A program made the translations under genes and the position numbers. From Azolla caroliniana (taxonomy: Eukaryota > Plantae > Polypodiophyta): a stretch of 64,000 bases of DNA. Below the pieces are notes generated by a model. It saw only the letters and a program-made list of their open reading frames with translations, made no database searches and had not been told where the DNA came from. Positions 47,701 through 59,184 of the stretch are shown here, one piece after another. Location: the NCBI GenBank assembly GCA_043228905.1, contig JBHGNT010000003.1, positions 19,964,001 to 20,028,000 on the forward strand, written 5' to 3'. Every line of letters begins with the position of its first letter. Position 1 is the stretch's first letter.

Positions 47701-50257
47701 TCGGCAGTAAGCCGAATTACGACAAGCTGAGGATCTTCGGATGCGAGGCGTACGCCCTTATTCCGAAAGATGATCGCCGAAAACTTGCACCTCGGTCCAG
47801 GAAATGCATTTTCCTTGGATATGGATCCGACGGCGAAATGGGATACCGACTCTGGGACCCCGAACGCAGACAAATCGTTCGAAGTTCGGACGTTGTGTTC
47901 AACGAGTCGGCTATGAATCCATCAGTCGAAAAACCGATCGAAGTCCGAAGGGTAACATTCTCCGATGTGCCGACCCTTCAAGAAGGCCCTGCTCTCAACA
48001 CACGGTCAGCTTCACGGGTAGCTGAACCTTACACTACCGACTCGGACAACTCCGACTCGGCACAGCAGAACAATCCGCTTTCGGACCATCCGACCTCGAT
48101 ACCCGATGCGACCAGTCCAATCATACCTCGACGATCCGAGAGACTGTCGCAACCTCCGGAGAGGTATTCTCCTGGAATTTTCTTCACCGACGCCGGAGAA
48201 CCGACGTCTTACGAAGAAGCATCGACATCTGTCGATTCCGCCACCTGGCATCTGGCGATGGAGTCGGAAATGCACTCCATTCGGGCAAACAAGACTTGGG
48301 ATCTGGTCGAATTACCTAAGAACCGACGTGCTCTTCCTTGCAAGCGGGTCTATCGACTAAAAGAGACGTCTGATTCGACCACCCCAAAGTACAAGGCCAA
48401 ATTAGTTGCGAAGGGCTTCCGACAAGAATATGGCGTCGACTTCGACGAGATTTTTTCACCAGTGGTGAAAATGACAACCCTTCGTTTTCTACTCGGCGTA
48501 GTGGTAGCCGACAACTTGGAGCTGATTCAGCTAGATGTCAAAACAGCCTTCCTCCATGGTGATCTCGAGGAGGAAATTTATATGGAACAGCCAAAAGGCT
48601 TCATGGCAACTGGCCAAGAACATCTAGTCTGCCGACTCAGGAAGAGTCTATACGGCCTCAAACAGGCACCACGACAATGGTACAAGAAGTTCGACGACTT
48701 CATCCAATCGATCGGCTTCTCCAAAAGCGATGAGGACCATTGTCTCTTCACCAACACAGCTCAAGATGGATCACCCATCTTCCTCATCATTTACGTGGAC
48801 GACATGCTAATTTCTGGACGCCACGCGGGCGAACTTGCCGATCTCATTCGGCAACTGCGGTTGAAGTTTGCCATGAAGGACCTCGGTCCGGCACGACACA
48901 TACTCGGCATGAAGATTAGTCGGCATCGCGATAAACGACATCTTTTTTTGTCTCAGACCGACTATATCCGACGTGTCTTGGAACGCTTCAACATGCAATC
49001 AGCCAAATCTGCTTCAACCCCGCTCCCAATGAATCTTCGGCTCTCTCAGCGAGACTGCCCGACATCCGGCCCGGAGGGGGAAGATATGAAGTCGGTACCG
49101 TATGCACCGGCAGTCGGCTCCCTTATGTACCTGATGGTCGCGACACGGCCTGATATCTCTCATGCCGTAGGAGTCGTTAGCAGATTTATGCACAATCCTG
49201 GCCGATCGCATTGGAACGCAGTCAAGCATGTGTTCAGATATCTGGCTGGCACAAAAGACCACGGCATTCTTTTCGGTCCGAACCGAACCTCAGGCGTAGT
49301 CGGTTACACCGACTCGGACTTCGCCGGCTGTATAGACAGTCGGAAATCAACAACCGGATACTGCTTCAAATTCGGCAATGGAGCAGTCTCGTGGAAGTCG
49401 AAACTTCAGGAGTGCACAGCGACCTCAACGACCGAAGCAGAATATGTAGCTGCGTCCGACGCAGCAAAAGAAGCTTTATGGCTCGGTCGGCTGGCGCACA
49501 CGTTTCGACAAGTCGACCATGACTCGGTTCCAGTTGTCTACAGCGATAGTCAAGGTGCCGTTGCCTTGTCGAAAAATCCGGTTCACCACAACGCCTCCAA
49601 ACATATCGACGTTCGATATCACTTCGTTCGGGACTGCGTCATTTCAGGGAAAATCGGTCTAGAGAAAATATCCACAACCGACAATGTCGCAGATGGAATG
49701 ACCAAGTGTCTTTCGGCAGACCGTTTTCGGTCTCTTCGGCATCAGATGGGCGTAACGACAAACCAGTCCGGTTAGAGCCGGACACAGAGCAGGATGGTTC
49801 CCGACAACCGACATCAGTTCCTTAATGATCGGCTTCAACTGTTCCGACCCGACCAGTTCGGTCTTCTGCCTTCGGACCCTGCCGACTCGAACAAAGCTGA
49901 TATGTCCGAGAACCTAAGTCTATACCTGTAATCTTAAATAACCCATGCATACGCCCATTACGGGGGAGTGTCGAATACAAGTGTATAATGGACGTATTCA
50001 CACTATCCTGTTTTGGCCATTTATGTAATTAGCATAAAGGGTAGTTGCCCTAAGTCGGTCACTATATATAGTGACCTTGTAACCTCTTTGTGAGGTTGGG
50101 TTGTTGTATTATTGCCTTGTGAAATAAAGAGTTCTTTTGTGCCTCTCTCTCTCTCTCACTCTCTCTCTGTGCAACGACATAGAAACAGTCATACGCAGGT
50201 ATTCAGAAAGACTCGAATGCTCCTTGATCTTCCGCAAAGACGACATTGTCTCCAACA
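44780..50257 (+). mobile_element. Intact Ty1/Copia LTR retrotransposon D (sister copy of C)
   Basis: LTRs at 44780-45068 and 49969-50257 (one difference seen). TSD CTATC. PBS at 45071. PPT present. Nearly identical to C. Confidence 0.97.
45762..49775 (+). CDS. Copia gag-pol polyprotein (element D)
   Basis: Uninterrupted ORF. I see four aa differences from C (G/D, R/K, A/V, V/A). Confidence 0.96.
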   Translation: MASTSGSSEMSLRKFDGSNFNFWKEQMQDYLIVKGQIDPIENEEPLEGYKPIEWQKLDRIVRATIRMHLSESVYFTVQSCTTAFELWKTLSDTYEKKVAATKMFLIRRLYNLRMKESDSVQAHLNEYESISSQISSQGTAIEDELRAMILMSSLPSSWETFVTTVCNASTTAVKYSEVTSAILTEAARRKSFAKDSTDDAYVVQGSTDRSNIRGRDSSRPPNNQRRRSQSRDNRICNYCKKPGHIKADCRALKNKNNKKSGRHEEINYVSFSADVLPDDPNILSIENPVGSEVLLTTEESSTWLLDSGASFHVTPHRSQFRQYTIRHSDSVRVGNSQHCDIIGIGTVELNLAGGSTLVLHNVRHVPELSRPLISVGQLDEDDIRAGFSSGGWTLHRGNLLLARGPKIHSLYPLHVTLREGNLFLVDIPVSSLWHRRLGHLSKAGITHLSRAGYIPKLSFSDHQFCEHCQYGKQVAASHPTSAPRETRPLDLVHSDVCGPMPHQSLGGASYFVIFIDDSTRKVWAYPIRTKDRVFSIFSDWLAMVENQTDRKLKCFRTDNGGEFKSEEFVKFCRQRGIRREFTAPHSPEQNGIAERMNRTIQERIVSMLQHSGLSDGFWAEALLTAVHIINMSPSRPLGLQIPQELWIGSKPNYDKLRIFGCEAYALIPKDDRRKLAPRSRKCIFLGYGSDGEMGYRLWDPERRQIVRSSDVVFNESAMNPSVEKPIEVRRVTFSDVPTLQEGPALNTRSASRVAEPYTTDSDNSDSAQQNNPLSDHPTSIPDATSPIIPRRSERLSQPPERYSPGIFFTDAGEPTSYEEASTSVDSATWHLAMESEMHSIRANKTWDLVELPKNRRALPCKRVYRLKETSDSTTPKYKAKLVAKGFRQEYGVDFDEIFSPVVKMTTLRFLLGVVVADNLELIQLDVKTAFLHGDLEEEIYMEQPKGFMATGQEHLVCRLRKSLYGLKQAPRQWYKKFDDFIQSIGFSKSDEDHCLFTNTAQDGSPIFLIIYVDDMLISGRHAGELADLIRQLRLKFAMKDLGPARHILGMKISRHRDKRHLFLSQTDYIRRVLERFNMQSAKSASTPLPMNLRLSQRDCPTSGPEGEDMKSVPYAPAVGSLMYLMVATRPDISHAVGVVSRFMHNPGRSHWNAVKHVFRYLAGTKDHGILFGPNRTSGVVGYTDSDFAGCIDSRKSTTGYCFKFGNGAVSWKSKLQECTATSTTEAEYVAASDAAKEALWLGRLAHTFRQVDHDSVPVVYSDSQGAVALSKNPVHHNASKHIDVRYHFVRDCVISGKIGLEKISTTDNVADGMTKCLSADRFRSLRHQMGVTTNQSG

Positions 50258-52170
50258 CTATCCTCTACAGTCCAGAGCATCATGAAATAGCTCCACCTGC
50301 ATAGCCACTTCTGAACTTGTTTATATCCATATCATATGTCATGTATGTATCATTTTAATTCTAAAGGACCTTGTCCATAACATAAGCATTTATCTTTGGC
50401 CCCTTTCAAATATTGCAAGATAGATTTGATTGCCTCCCAATGAGCTCTACTAAGATTAGCCATGAACTTACTAACAACTCCGATTGCATGAGCAATGTCT
50501 AACTGAGTGCAACCATAACATACATAAGTCAACCACAAAGTTGATGCATATGGAACATTCTTCATGTAAGTGGCCTCATCATCATCCTTGGGACAATCAT
50601 CCTTGGAAAGATTAACATGTGATTGCAATGGCAATCCAAGAGGCTTAACATTAGCCACATTAAACCTGTTCATCACTTTTTCAACGTTCTTTTCTTGGGA
50701 TAAATGTAAAGTATACCATTGTCTATCCTTTTTTATTCAGATACCAATAATATGCTTAGGTTCCCCAAGGTCTTTCGTTGAGAATGCAGAGTTCAATTGT
50801 TGTTTTAGAGCATTCATAATGTTCTTTTTCTTCCTAGCTGACAATATATAATCTACATACAATATGAGAATAATTGGGCTACCATCTTAATCCATTTTAG
50901 TGTACAAACAATGGTTCACGTGGCTACTTTTGGACCAATGTTTGTGCATAAATGCATCAAACTTTTGATACCATTGTTTGGGGGCCTATTTTAGCCTATA
51001 TAAGCTCCTTTTCAGCTCACATACTAGATGCTTTGTTCCAAGAATGGCATATCCTTATGGTTGTTTCATGTACACCTCTTCAAATGCTCTTTTCAAAAAA
51101 TGACATATCCTTTTTTATTGTTTCATGTACAACTCTTTGCCTAAATCACCATGCAAAAAGGTTGTTTTAACATCCATTTGGAATAATTCCAAATCCAAGG
51201 TGGTTGTGAGAGTAAACAAGACACATAGTGTGGTCATCTTAACTACTTGAGAGAAAAACTCTTGGAAATCAGTGCCCTCTTTTTGGGTATATCCCTGAGC
51301 AACAAACCTTGCCTCACACTTGGGTTTGAAAGGCCCTTCTAAAATTTGGGCAAATCAATTAAATGCCAAATATCATTTGCATGCAAGGCTTTTATCTTGT
51401 CCTACATGGCTAACTTTGACTTCTTGTGCTCACATGGTTTTGCCTCTTTATAAGTGAGAGGCTCACCCTCGTATGATAACATGATGTAATGTATAGAGGG
51501 GTCATATCTATTCACTTGCCTCATGGGACATGTAGATCTTCTTACCCATTGTTCCACATTATATGACAATGAATCTACACCAGTTGGTACATGGACATCT
51601 TCATTGTTGATGGGTTGTTGTACATCATTTCCAACCTTGTTTTTAGCATGAATAAGTGGTTGCATATGCCCATCAAGAGCATCATTTTGCTATCCAACAT
51701 CATATGGCTCAATAATCCGTCTTACGACCCTGCTTGCTATTGTAATTGCCATTGTAGCACACACGTAGCGTAGCCCATAAGGGTCGTGCGAACTTGACGT
51801 CATCCTCACCTTCCTCCACAATAGAACTACGAGCAGTCTCTTGTGAGTGCAACATCGGCAGAAGGGGAGTGTCATCAATCTTGGCTAATCACTAACTGAA
51901 CACAAATTCGTGGGTAGGTACCAATGAAGCGACTCACTCACCACTGACTCGCTTGTCCACTGGCTCATTATCATTTCCAACTAAATGTGGTGCATCTTGA
52001 GGGTTCATATCATATTTAACCTGTGGAGGGACATGTTGAATTTTGACTCTTTTATGGTCACACTTAGAAGCACAATCGTTTGAGCATACTTGCCTCATTA
52101 AATACAACATCTCAACTACATATTACCTTCTTGAGTTGAGGTAGCAAAATCCTATAGTGTTAAACATAAT
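50258..52170 (-). mobile_element. Old degenerate Copia element A, integrase C-terminus and RT
   Basis: Remnants MKNVPYAS, DIAHAIGVVSKFM..HWEAIKSILQYLKG, EGEPLTYKEA and YRILLPQLKKVICS.DVVFNE, with many stops and frameshifts. Confidence 0.85.
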
Positions 52171-52190
52171 TCTTAATCTATGATTGGTTA

Positions 52191-52621
52191 TGTAAAGAAT
52201 CGAGTGTGATTCTATGCAGTGGAAGAGATCAAAGATGTGTGTGTGAAAGAGGATAGAGGAGAGACACGAGATAGATAGGAAAATAGAATACTCAAGATGT
52301 ATATTAACAAGGAGTAGAGAATAGCAAGTACAAAGGTAATAGCATTACAAGGGAGATTAATCGACACTTACAAAGTAGGAGGAGGGTGCTTATATAAGGT
52401 TACCCTCTCTCTTCATTAACTCTCTAAAACACCCACTCTCTCTCTAGAACTATAGAAGATCATGGGTCATGGGGAATGTGGAAACTCATTAGTTATGTGT
52501 CATAGAATATGATTCTATGACACATAGCTAATGTTGTAAAGTAATTAATGGTGACCTTTGACCTTTTAGTGTACAAAGGTGTGTTCAGACACTAAACTTA
52601 GGTTGAGTTTGATTCTCAACA
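52191..52621 (-). mobile_element. Solo LTR (431 bp) related to the element B LTR
   Basis: Termini TGTAAAGAATC...GATTCTCAACA are as in B. Perfect TSD GGTTA at 52186-90 and 52622-26. Confidence 0.92.
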
Positions 52622-52699
52622 GGTTATAACTATTTTTGTTGGTCTTAATCTCAATAAATTCCATTGTGTAATATTTTTGTCAACTTCGTTGAGAAGAGC

Positions 52700-53230
52700 C
52701 TCTTTGAATATACAAGAGCCCTTTTGAAAGCACAAGCACCAAAGGCATGAGCAATCATGAGTAATCGATTGAAACCATAAGATCCCATTGAAAGCATAAG
52801 TGATCCCCAAGACACGAGCATCCACTAAATCCACATAGCCTTTTGAAAGCATGAGGGTTGGTTCATTGCACAAGTGTTTGTTGAATACACGAGAGCCCAT
52901 TTCAAAGCACAAGTTTTATTCATTCCATAAGCACCCAAAGCACGATCATTCGTTGACTCCACGAGAGTTCACTCAATCCATGAGCACCCATTAATTGCAA
53001 GAGCACATGTTCATTACCTGAGAACCCATTTAATTTATGAGCGCCCATTCATTGCATCAACCCTCATTCTATCTAAGAGTGCTTACTCATTTCATGAGCG
53101 CCCATTCATTGCCCGAGTGCTCATTCTATCTACAAGCATTGATTCATTCCTGGAATGACCGTACAATGCACAACATGTGAAAGCATGAGCACCCATTTGA
53201 TCCATGAAGGCCCTTTGAACCCATGAAGAG
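52700..53230. repeat. Degenerate minisatellite-like region (TGAGCRCCCATT motif)
   Basis: The ATGAGCACCCATT/ATGAGCGCCCATTCATTGC motif recurs at ~52980, 53037, 53094 and 53184. Confidence 0.5.
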
Positions 53231-53259
53231 GATCCACAAGGGCATTCCAAGAGGGTAAT

Positions 53260-53520
53260 CAGTGAAGGGATAACACAAAGACAACACACGAAGAATTTAC
53301 CCAAGGCTATCCCACGAAAGCAACCCACATGAGGAGCCCATGAAAGGACACAAGGGTTCTCAGAAATGCAATTGCAAGTTCCTCTCCCACAACATCACAT
53401 CTTCCTTGGTTCAAACCCCACTCAAGTAGCACACGCATGTGTTTACACAACAATGGTAATTGCATTGAATCCAATCTTAAATATACAAAATCTAGATGAC
53501 GACGAGCAATGAAGAAAAGT
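53260..53520 (-). mobile_element. Possible Copia LTR fragment
   Basis: ACACACGAAGAATTTACCCAAGG..AACCCAC resembles the U5 architecture seen in the element E LTR. No termini or TSD found. Confidence 0.3.
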
Positions 53521-55163
53521 GTGTCACATATGATATAACCTTTAGATGGCCAATGAATACAAGAATACTTTTTAACATTATCTCCTTCCTAAGGAGAAAC
53601 TCTTTCCACATTAGCTACCTTTAGCATGAAAGTAGTTTTTTTTATGGTGGAGGTTTTTTATGGAACAAAATCTAGAAACTATATTGTGATTTACTTACAA
53701 TTTATGCATGTCTATTTGAATTTGTCGATCAACCATTTGCATTCGCAAACTAGACATTGTATCACATTGTGATACTCATGGAATGACGTCTTTCACCAAA
53801 GAAGAAGATCATGTGGTTAACACAAATAATATTGTATTGTTGGGCATGAGTTCATATTCCTCTTCGGTTTGGTTCACAACCACACTCTTTGTGGTGATCT
53901 TGAAAGGTTATGAAGTGGGATTGAACCTTTTCAGTAACTAGTAAAAAGTTACATGTCAAAAGGTTCTGAAGTGGGATACAAACACTTAACCAATCACATA
54001 GTCTACACCATATGCTTCAATATATAGGTTTATTGATGTTTTTGAATTATAAAAACCAATGTTTTTCACATTATGCTTTTAGCATGTGATCTCTTGGTTT
54101 TTTGTGTTTTCTTTTTCTATTTCATCACTTCCAAAAGAGTGGTGGAATAGACATTGCCTTTGAGAACCTGCCCTTAGCAAGATGTTAAGTAAAATACATG
54201 TCAAAAAGCAAAGGGAAAAACATATATTTGGGGTTGAACTGTAGATACCTTTTAAAATTTATACCCTTGCAAGCCTCATCGACTAGCAAACGAATAAGCA
54301 CACGAATAAAATGAAAAGTATGTTCCAAAGGGGTGTGTGTGTGTGTTGTATCAATGTCTTTGAGAACATGACCTTAACATGATTAGATAACGTGTGTCAA
54401 TCTAGACGTGAAAAAATATATATCAAGGTCTAATTGAATGCAATTTTCTTACCCTCAAAAGTGTTGTCAGGTAGCTTGCGATGAGATGAACAAACAAACA
54501 AAACTTAAAGCTACTCTGGTAGGGTGTGTGTGTCAACACCCTATCTCTAAGCGTCAAGTAGTATGTGGCAATAAGCGTGGGAATAAATATATCTCGAGGC
54601 TGTACCAATCATTGTCATTTTAACTCCGAGAAGTGTTGTGAACTAGGTAACAATGATCAAAATGAATGAATCGAAACCAAAATGAAACCCCCCAAGAGAA
54701 AGAGCGGGAGTTCGAGAACTGAACTAGAGAAGCCGAGTTTAATAGGTAACATCAGGCAGAGAACACGGTGACCCATCTTTATTTATATATGGTATCGAGG
54801 AGGCGGATGCATTCGCTAGTAGTGTTAGCATGTACTCCTCACGAGTGATGCCAGCGGGTGACGACCGGGACAATCATAGGTGGAAACAGCTAAAAAGCTG
54901 CGGGGCGCAACCCCCCCTCCCCCCTCCCCCCCAACCCCCTCGGGTCCTCGTGGTCATTAAGCTGCCAAATGGACGGGGTCATACACGACGAGTGTATATA
55001 CATATATGTACATGTGTGTGTGTGGTAGAGAGAGAGAGAGAGAACGTAACTAACTAACCAACCCTGGCACTCGGGCTCCTCGTGAGCTGTCCGGACGGGT
55101 GTGAAATGGGGAAGGTAAAATGAACGGTTAGTATGAACGAGGAGAACCATTTTCTAGGGTTAG

Positions 55164-55204
55164 CTCTCTCTCTCTCTCTCTCTCTCTGTGTTTGCGAGTT
55201 ACTG

Positions 55205-55249
<45 letters not shown>

Positions 55250-55421
55250 GTGTGTCTTGTCTCTGTCTGACTTGGCTGGAGAAGCTTTCCTTCTCCTTCT
55301 CCTTCACTCTCTCGCCATCGCTGAATACCTAAGCTCCCTCTCCCCTATTCCCTGTCATTCATTCGGTTGGCTTCTCTGCCTCCATTCGATCGCTTCCAGC
55401 TCCGGTCCTGCCTCTTTTCTG
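55164..55421 (+). other. Putative non-coding first exon (5' UTR) of VDAC with (CT)n tracts
   Basis: CT-rich leader ends at the strong donor CTG|GTAAGT (55422). A ~1.65-kb T-rich intron follows. Confidence 0.55.
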
Positions 55422-56553
55422 GTAAGTTTCTTCTCTTTCTCCTCCTCCTCCTCCTCCTTCTCTGTGTTGTTGCCTGCAGTCACACGAACGAAAAAGTAAT
55501 TTGCTTTGTGTTTTTACTCCATCCTTCCTCTCTCATACGTTCTCTTTCTTTCTTTCTTCTCTTTCTCTGCATCAAATCTTCGTCTTTGCTCCTGTTTCTG
55601 CTCCGATCCCTCCCTTTTTCATACGTACGTTTTCCTTTCTTCATTCCGTCTCGCAGCCTCAGATTTGTCTGTCGTTGTGTTCCAATACTCTTACTTTTAC
55701 GATTTCTTTCCCTACATCCCAGCTTCGACTTCTGCATGTATGTCTTTCTGACTCTTCTCCTATCCTCTCTTTCTAGTGCGCATTCTCTCTTCTTTTTTCT
55801 TGTTTAAATTACAGTTTATCTATAAGTTTCTATTTCGCCTCCGATCTAACTGTCTCCGTCGTCATTGTTTATGTGTGTTTCTGAGCCGATCCTTCCTTTT
55901 CCACACGTTTTGTTGTTTTTTTGTTTGTTTATGTGGCAGTCTTCTCTGTCATTGTTTCTTTCTCTTCTATCTCGTTCATCGATCTGCTGCTCTCTTCCGG
56001 ATACATTTATATGTTCTCTTTCTCTGTAATGCATTCGCCATTTCTGCATCAGAAAGTTGTCTTTGTTTTGGTTCCATTCATTCTTGCTTTTGTTTTCATC
56101 ATCACAGCTTTATTTTTATACTTTCCTTCCGATGCTGTCCACCAATCCTTTCTGCTAATCTTTATCTCTACTTAAAATTTTTCTATAAATTTTTACATAG
56201 CAAGCTATCAATTTGTTTTGCTATAATATATCTCTGATAGCTTCCCTCATTTTGCTGCATCAAAATATTTGCATTTTCTTTAATCTCTTTGAATTCCAAT
56301 GCGTCACAGTTTTAGTATTTTCATCTTTCATTCCCGCATTCGTTTTGTGGGATTGTAATCGTTATTGTTTGTTATCGGTTTTTTGTCTTTTGAACTTTGT
56401 CCATTGTCGTATTTGCGAATTTGGTTTTTGTACAGTCAGTCATCTGAAGCTTTTGATCATCATCCACAGTTTTAGCTTACCTCTTAGTTATCTCCTTGAT
56501 CCAAAGTGCGTTCGCCATTGAAACATTTCTAGGTATACTTAGATTTGAAATCC

Positions 56554-57108
56554 TTTCTGGTCTTTCTGTTGTCATATTTGATTTTCTAGAATCAAGTTTT
56601 TCTGGAAACGATTTGCTAAATTGTGATGTTTTCTAGCCTGTGTAATGTATTACGCATCTGGAATACTGTGTGATTTAAACGGTTTCACTGGATTTTTACC
56701 CCAGGAAGCCTGTTATTTGCTTTTTTGAACAATGGCCAAGTTTCTGGTCTTACTGTCATATTTGATTTTCCAGAATCAAGTTTTTCTGAAAACGATTTGC
56801 TAAATTATGATGTTTTCTGGCCTGTGTAATGTATTACGCATCTGGAATACTGTGTGATTTAAACGGTTTCACTGGATTTTTACCCCAGGAAGCCTGTTAT
56901 TTGCTTTTTTGAACAATGGCCAAGTTTCTGGTCTTACTGTCATATTTGATTTTCCAGAATCAAGTTTTTCTGAAAACGATTTGCTAAATTATGATGTTTT
57001 CTGGCCTTTGTAATGTATTACGCATCTGGAATACTGTGTGATTTAAACGGTTTCACTGGATTTTTACCCCAGGAAGCCTGTTATTTGCTTTTTTGAACAA
57101 TGGCCAAG
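56554..57108 (+). repeat. 184-bp tandem triplication containing the VDAC 3' splice site and start codon
   Basis: CCCCAG|GAAGCC...GAACAATGGCCAAG occurs three times, with ATGs at 56732, 56916 and 57100. Confidence 0.95.
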
Positions 57109-58350
57109 GGTCCTGGTCTTTTCTCAGATATTGGGAAAAAGGCAAAAGGTATGCAACCTTCGTGTAACATCCTTTATCTATGTTAGATCTAATTTAATTG
57201 ACAACCATTTTTCCAGATACCTTGTACAAGGACTATAATTATGACCACAAGTTCAGTGTTACCACTAAAACATCCACTGGTTTGGTACGTGATTTTGTAG
57301 TTTGAATAGTCTTATACCTAATGTAAATGTTTGAGCTTTATTTGGGATGTTCTGACATTTATGATATGTATTCTCTTTAATTCAGTCTTTCACCTCCTCT
57401 GGAAGTAACAAAGGTGAAACTTTTCTGGGAGATGTTACAGCTCAGTTTAAGAAGGAAAATATCACCACCGACTTGAAAGTTGACACAAAATCCAATGTAT
57501 TCTTATTTTTCTGAGAAAAATTTCCTTTCATGTTTTATCTTTAGAAACATATTGACGATTGATAGATAATTTTAACAAATTGTTGCAGCTGTTTGCAACT
57601 ATCACCGTGGATGAGCCTACTCCAGGGTTGAAAGCTGTTCTTAACTTTACTGTACCTGATCAAAAGTCAGGCAAGGTAAATGAGGAATCAGAAATTTAGC
57701 CAATAGATTGTACTATTGTATTTTCTATTTATCGTAATGCTAGATTTCCTTTGACAGCTTGAACTGCAATACAAACATGACTATGCTGGTGTAAGCACCA
57801 CTGTAGGTCTCACTCCATCACCTAAAATAGAATTCTCCACCGTTCTTGGATCGAATGAAATTGCCCTGGGTGGTGAGGTTGGGTTTGACAGCGCGTCTAG
57901 TAATATTACAAAATATAATGCGGGACTTAGTTATTCAAAGCCTGATTTCACTGCTGCACTGTTCTTGTAAGAATCATTCTCGAGTTACTGTTCTTCACAA
58001 TTTGATGGCATTCCTAATCGAATGTTTTGTTTGTGTTCCTTAGGGCTGACAAAGCAGACACTGTGAAGTTTTCATATGCACATGTTCTTAGTCCTATTAC
58101 AAATTCAGTGGTTGCAGCAGAGATCTCTCACACCATTTCCAAGAAAGATAATGGATTCACTGTGGGTGGAAGCTACATGTTGGACCGCCTCACAACAGTA
58201 AAGGGAAGAATCAACTATAATGGGAAGCTGGCTGCTTCTCTTCAGCATGAATGGGTTCCCAAGTCATTTGTTACTCTATCTGGAGAAGTTGATGCCCTAG
58301 CATTGGACAAGAAAGCAAAGCTCGGACTATCAATTGCATTGAAGCCTTGA
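57100..58350 (+). CDS. VDAC: Mitochondrial outer membrane porin (voltage-dependent anion channel), 276 aa
   Basis: Exons 57100-57148, 57217-57284, 57386-57496, 57589-57675, 57758-57966 and 58044-58350 total 831 nt, all GT-AG. The protein starts MAKGPGLFSDIGKKAKD and ends KAKLGLSIALKP*. Confidence 0.95.
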
Positions 58351-59184
58351 ACCATCCATCGGTATATTATTAACAATGATTAGATGATTTTTGATTCGAA
58401 TAACAACGTGCAAACCATCTCATGAACAGTTGTGTGATGATCAGGCAAAATGTTTGTTTTTTGGTAGTTGCTTTCGTCTACTGCTTCAGACAGTCGTCTG
58501 ATTACACCACTGCATTTTCTGCTTAGCAGAATAAAAGGATATTGTTTTTGCCATAAATTCTCGGTGAATGTAGGGATGGATAAGAATGCTCATTAAATCT
58601 TTTTTCTTTAAGTGGGGATTCTCCCTCTATTTAAGGAAGAAGATTCATTTTCTGAATCTCATGGTAATTCTCGTGATCTCTGTTCAATATGTGTTTTCAG
58701 CTGCATTGTTTGCTGCACCTATAGAAGAATAAGGGGAGTTTTTCACTGTGAGCTTGCTAATCTGAATACAAATTCTGGTTTTCTATGGAATAACTCCTTT
58801 AATAATCAAGATGCAATTGATTACTATAGTGCTATTCACTATTTAGCCTATTATATGGCGTTTTTCTATTTTTCTGGCTGTCATATTTATTGATCTATTG
58901 TTAAAATATAGAATTGTGCACGCTAAATTTGTTTTTTTGAATGAAATTAAGTGAAGAAACTAGTGTGTTAAGGGAATGAGGAATGAAAGGGAATTGTAAT
59001 GAAAATATGTATTTATAGTTCCATCTATAGATTTATAAACTTGCATTTGTTCTTGCATTATGGTATCTGTCTTTCACATGGTTTCTTGGTTTTGGTTCCC
59101 CTCTGAAACAGTTATCAAGTCTATTGTTAGCAGTTAACAAGGATACATGAGTATGCAATTAGTTTGAGGGTGGGTGTTTATGTT

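Noticed and set aside
30990-50257. C/D as an assembly duplication
   Set aside because: They have different TSDs, different flanks and copy-specific SNPs shared by each LTR pair.
55188-56521. Several 80-150-aa hydrophobic ORFs
   Set aside because: They are translations of the T/C-rich VDAC leader intron.
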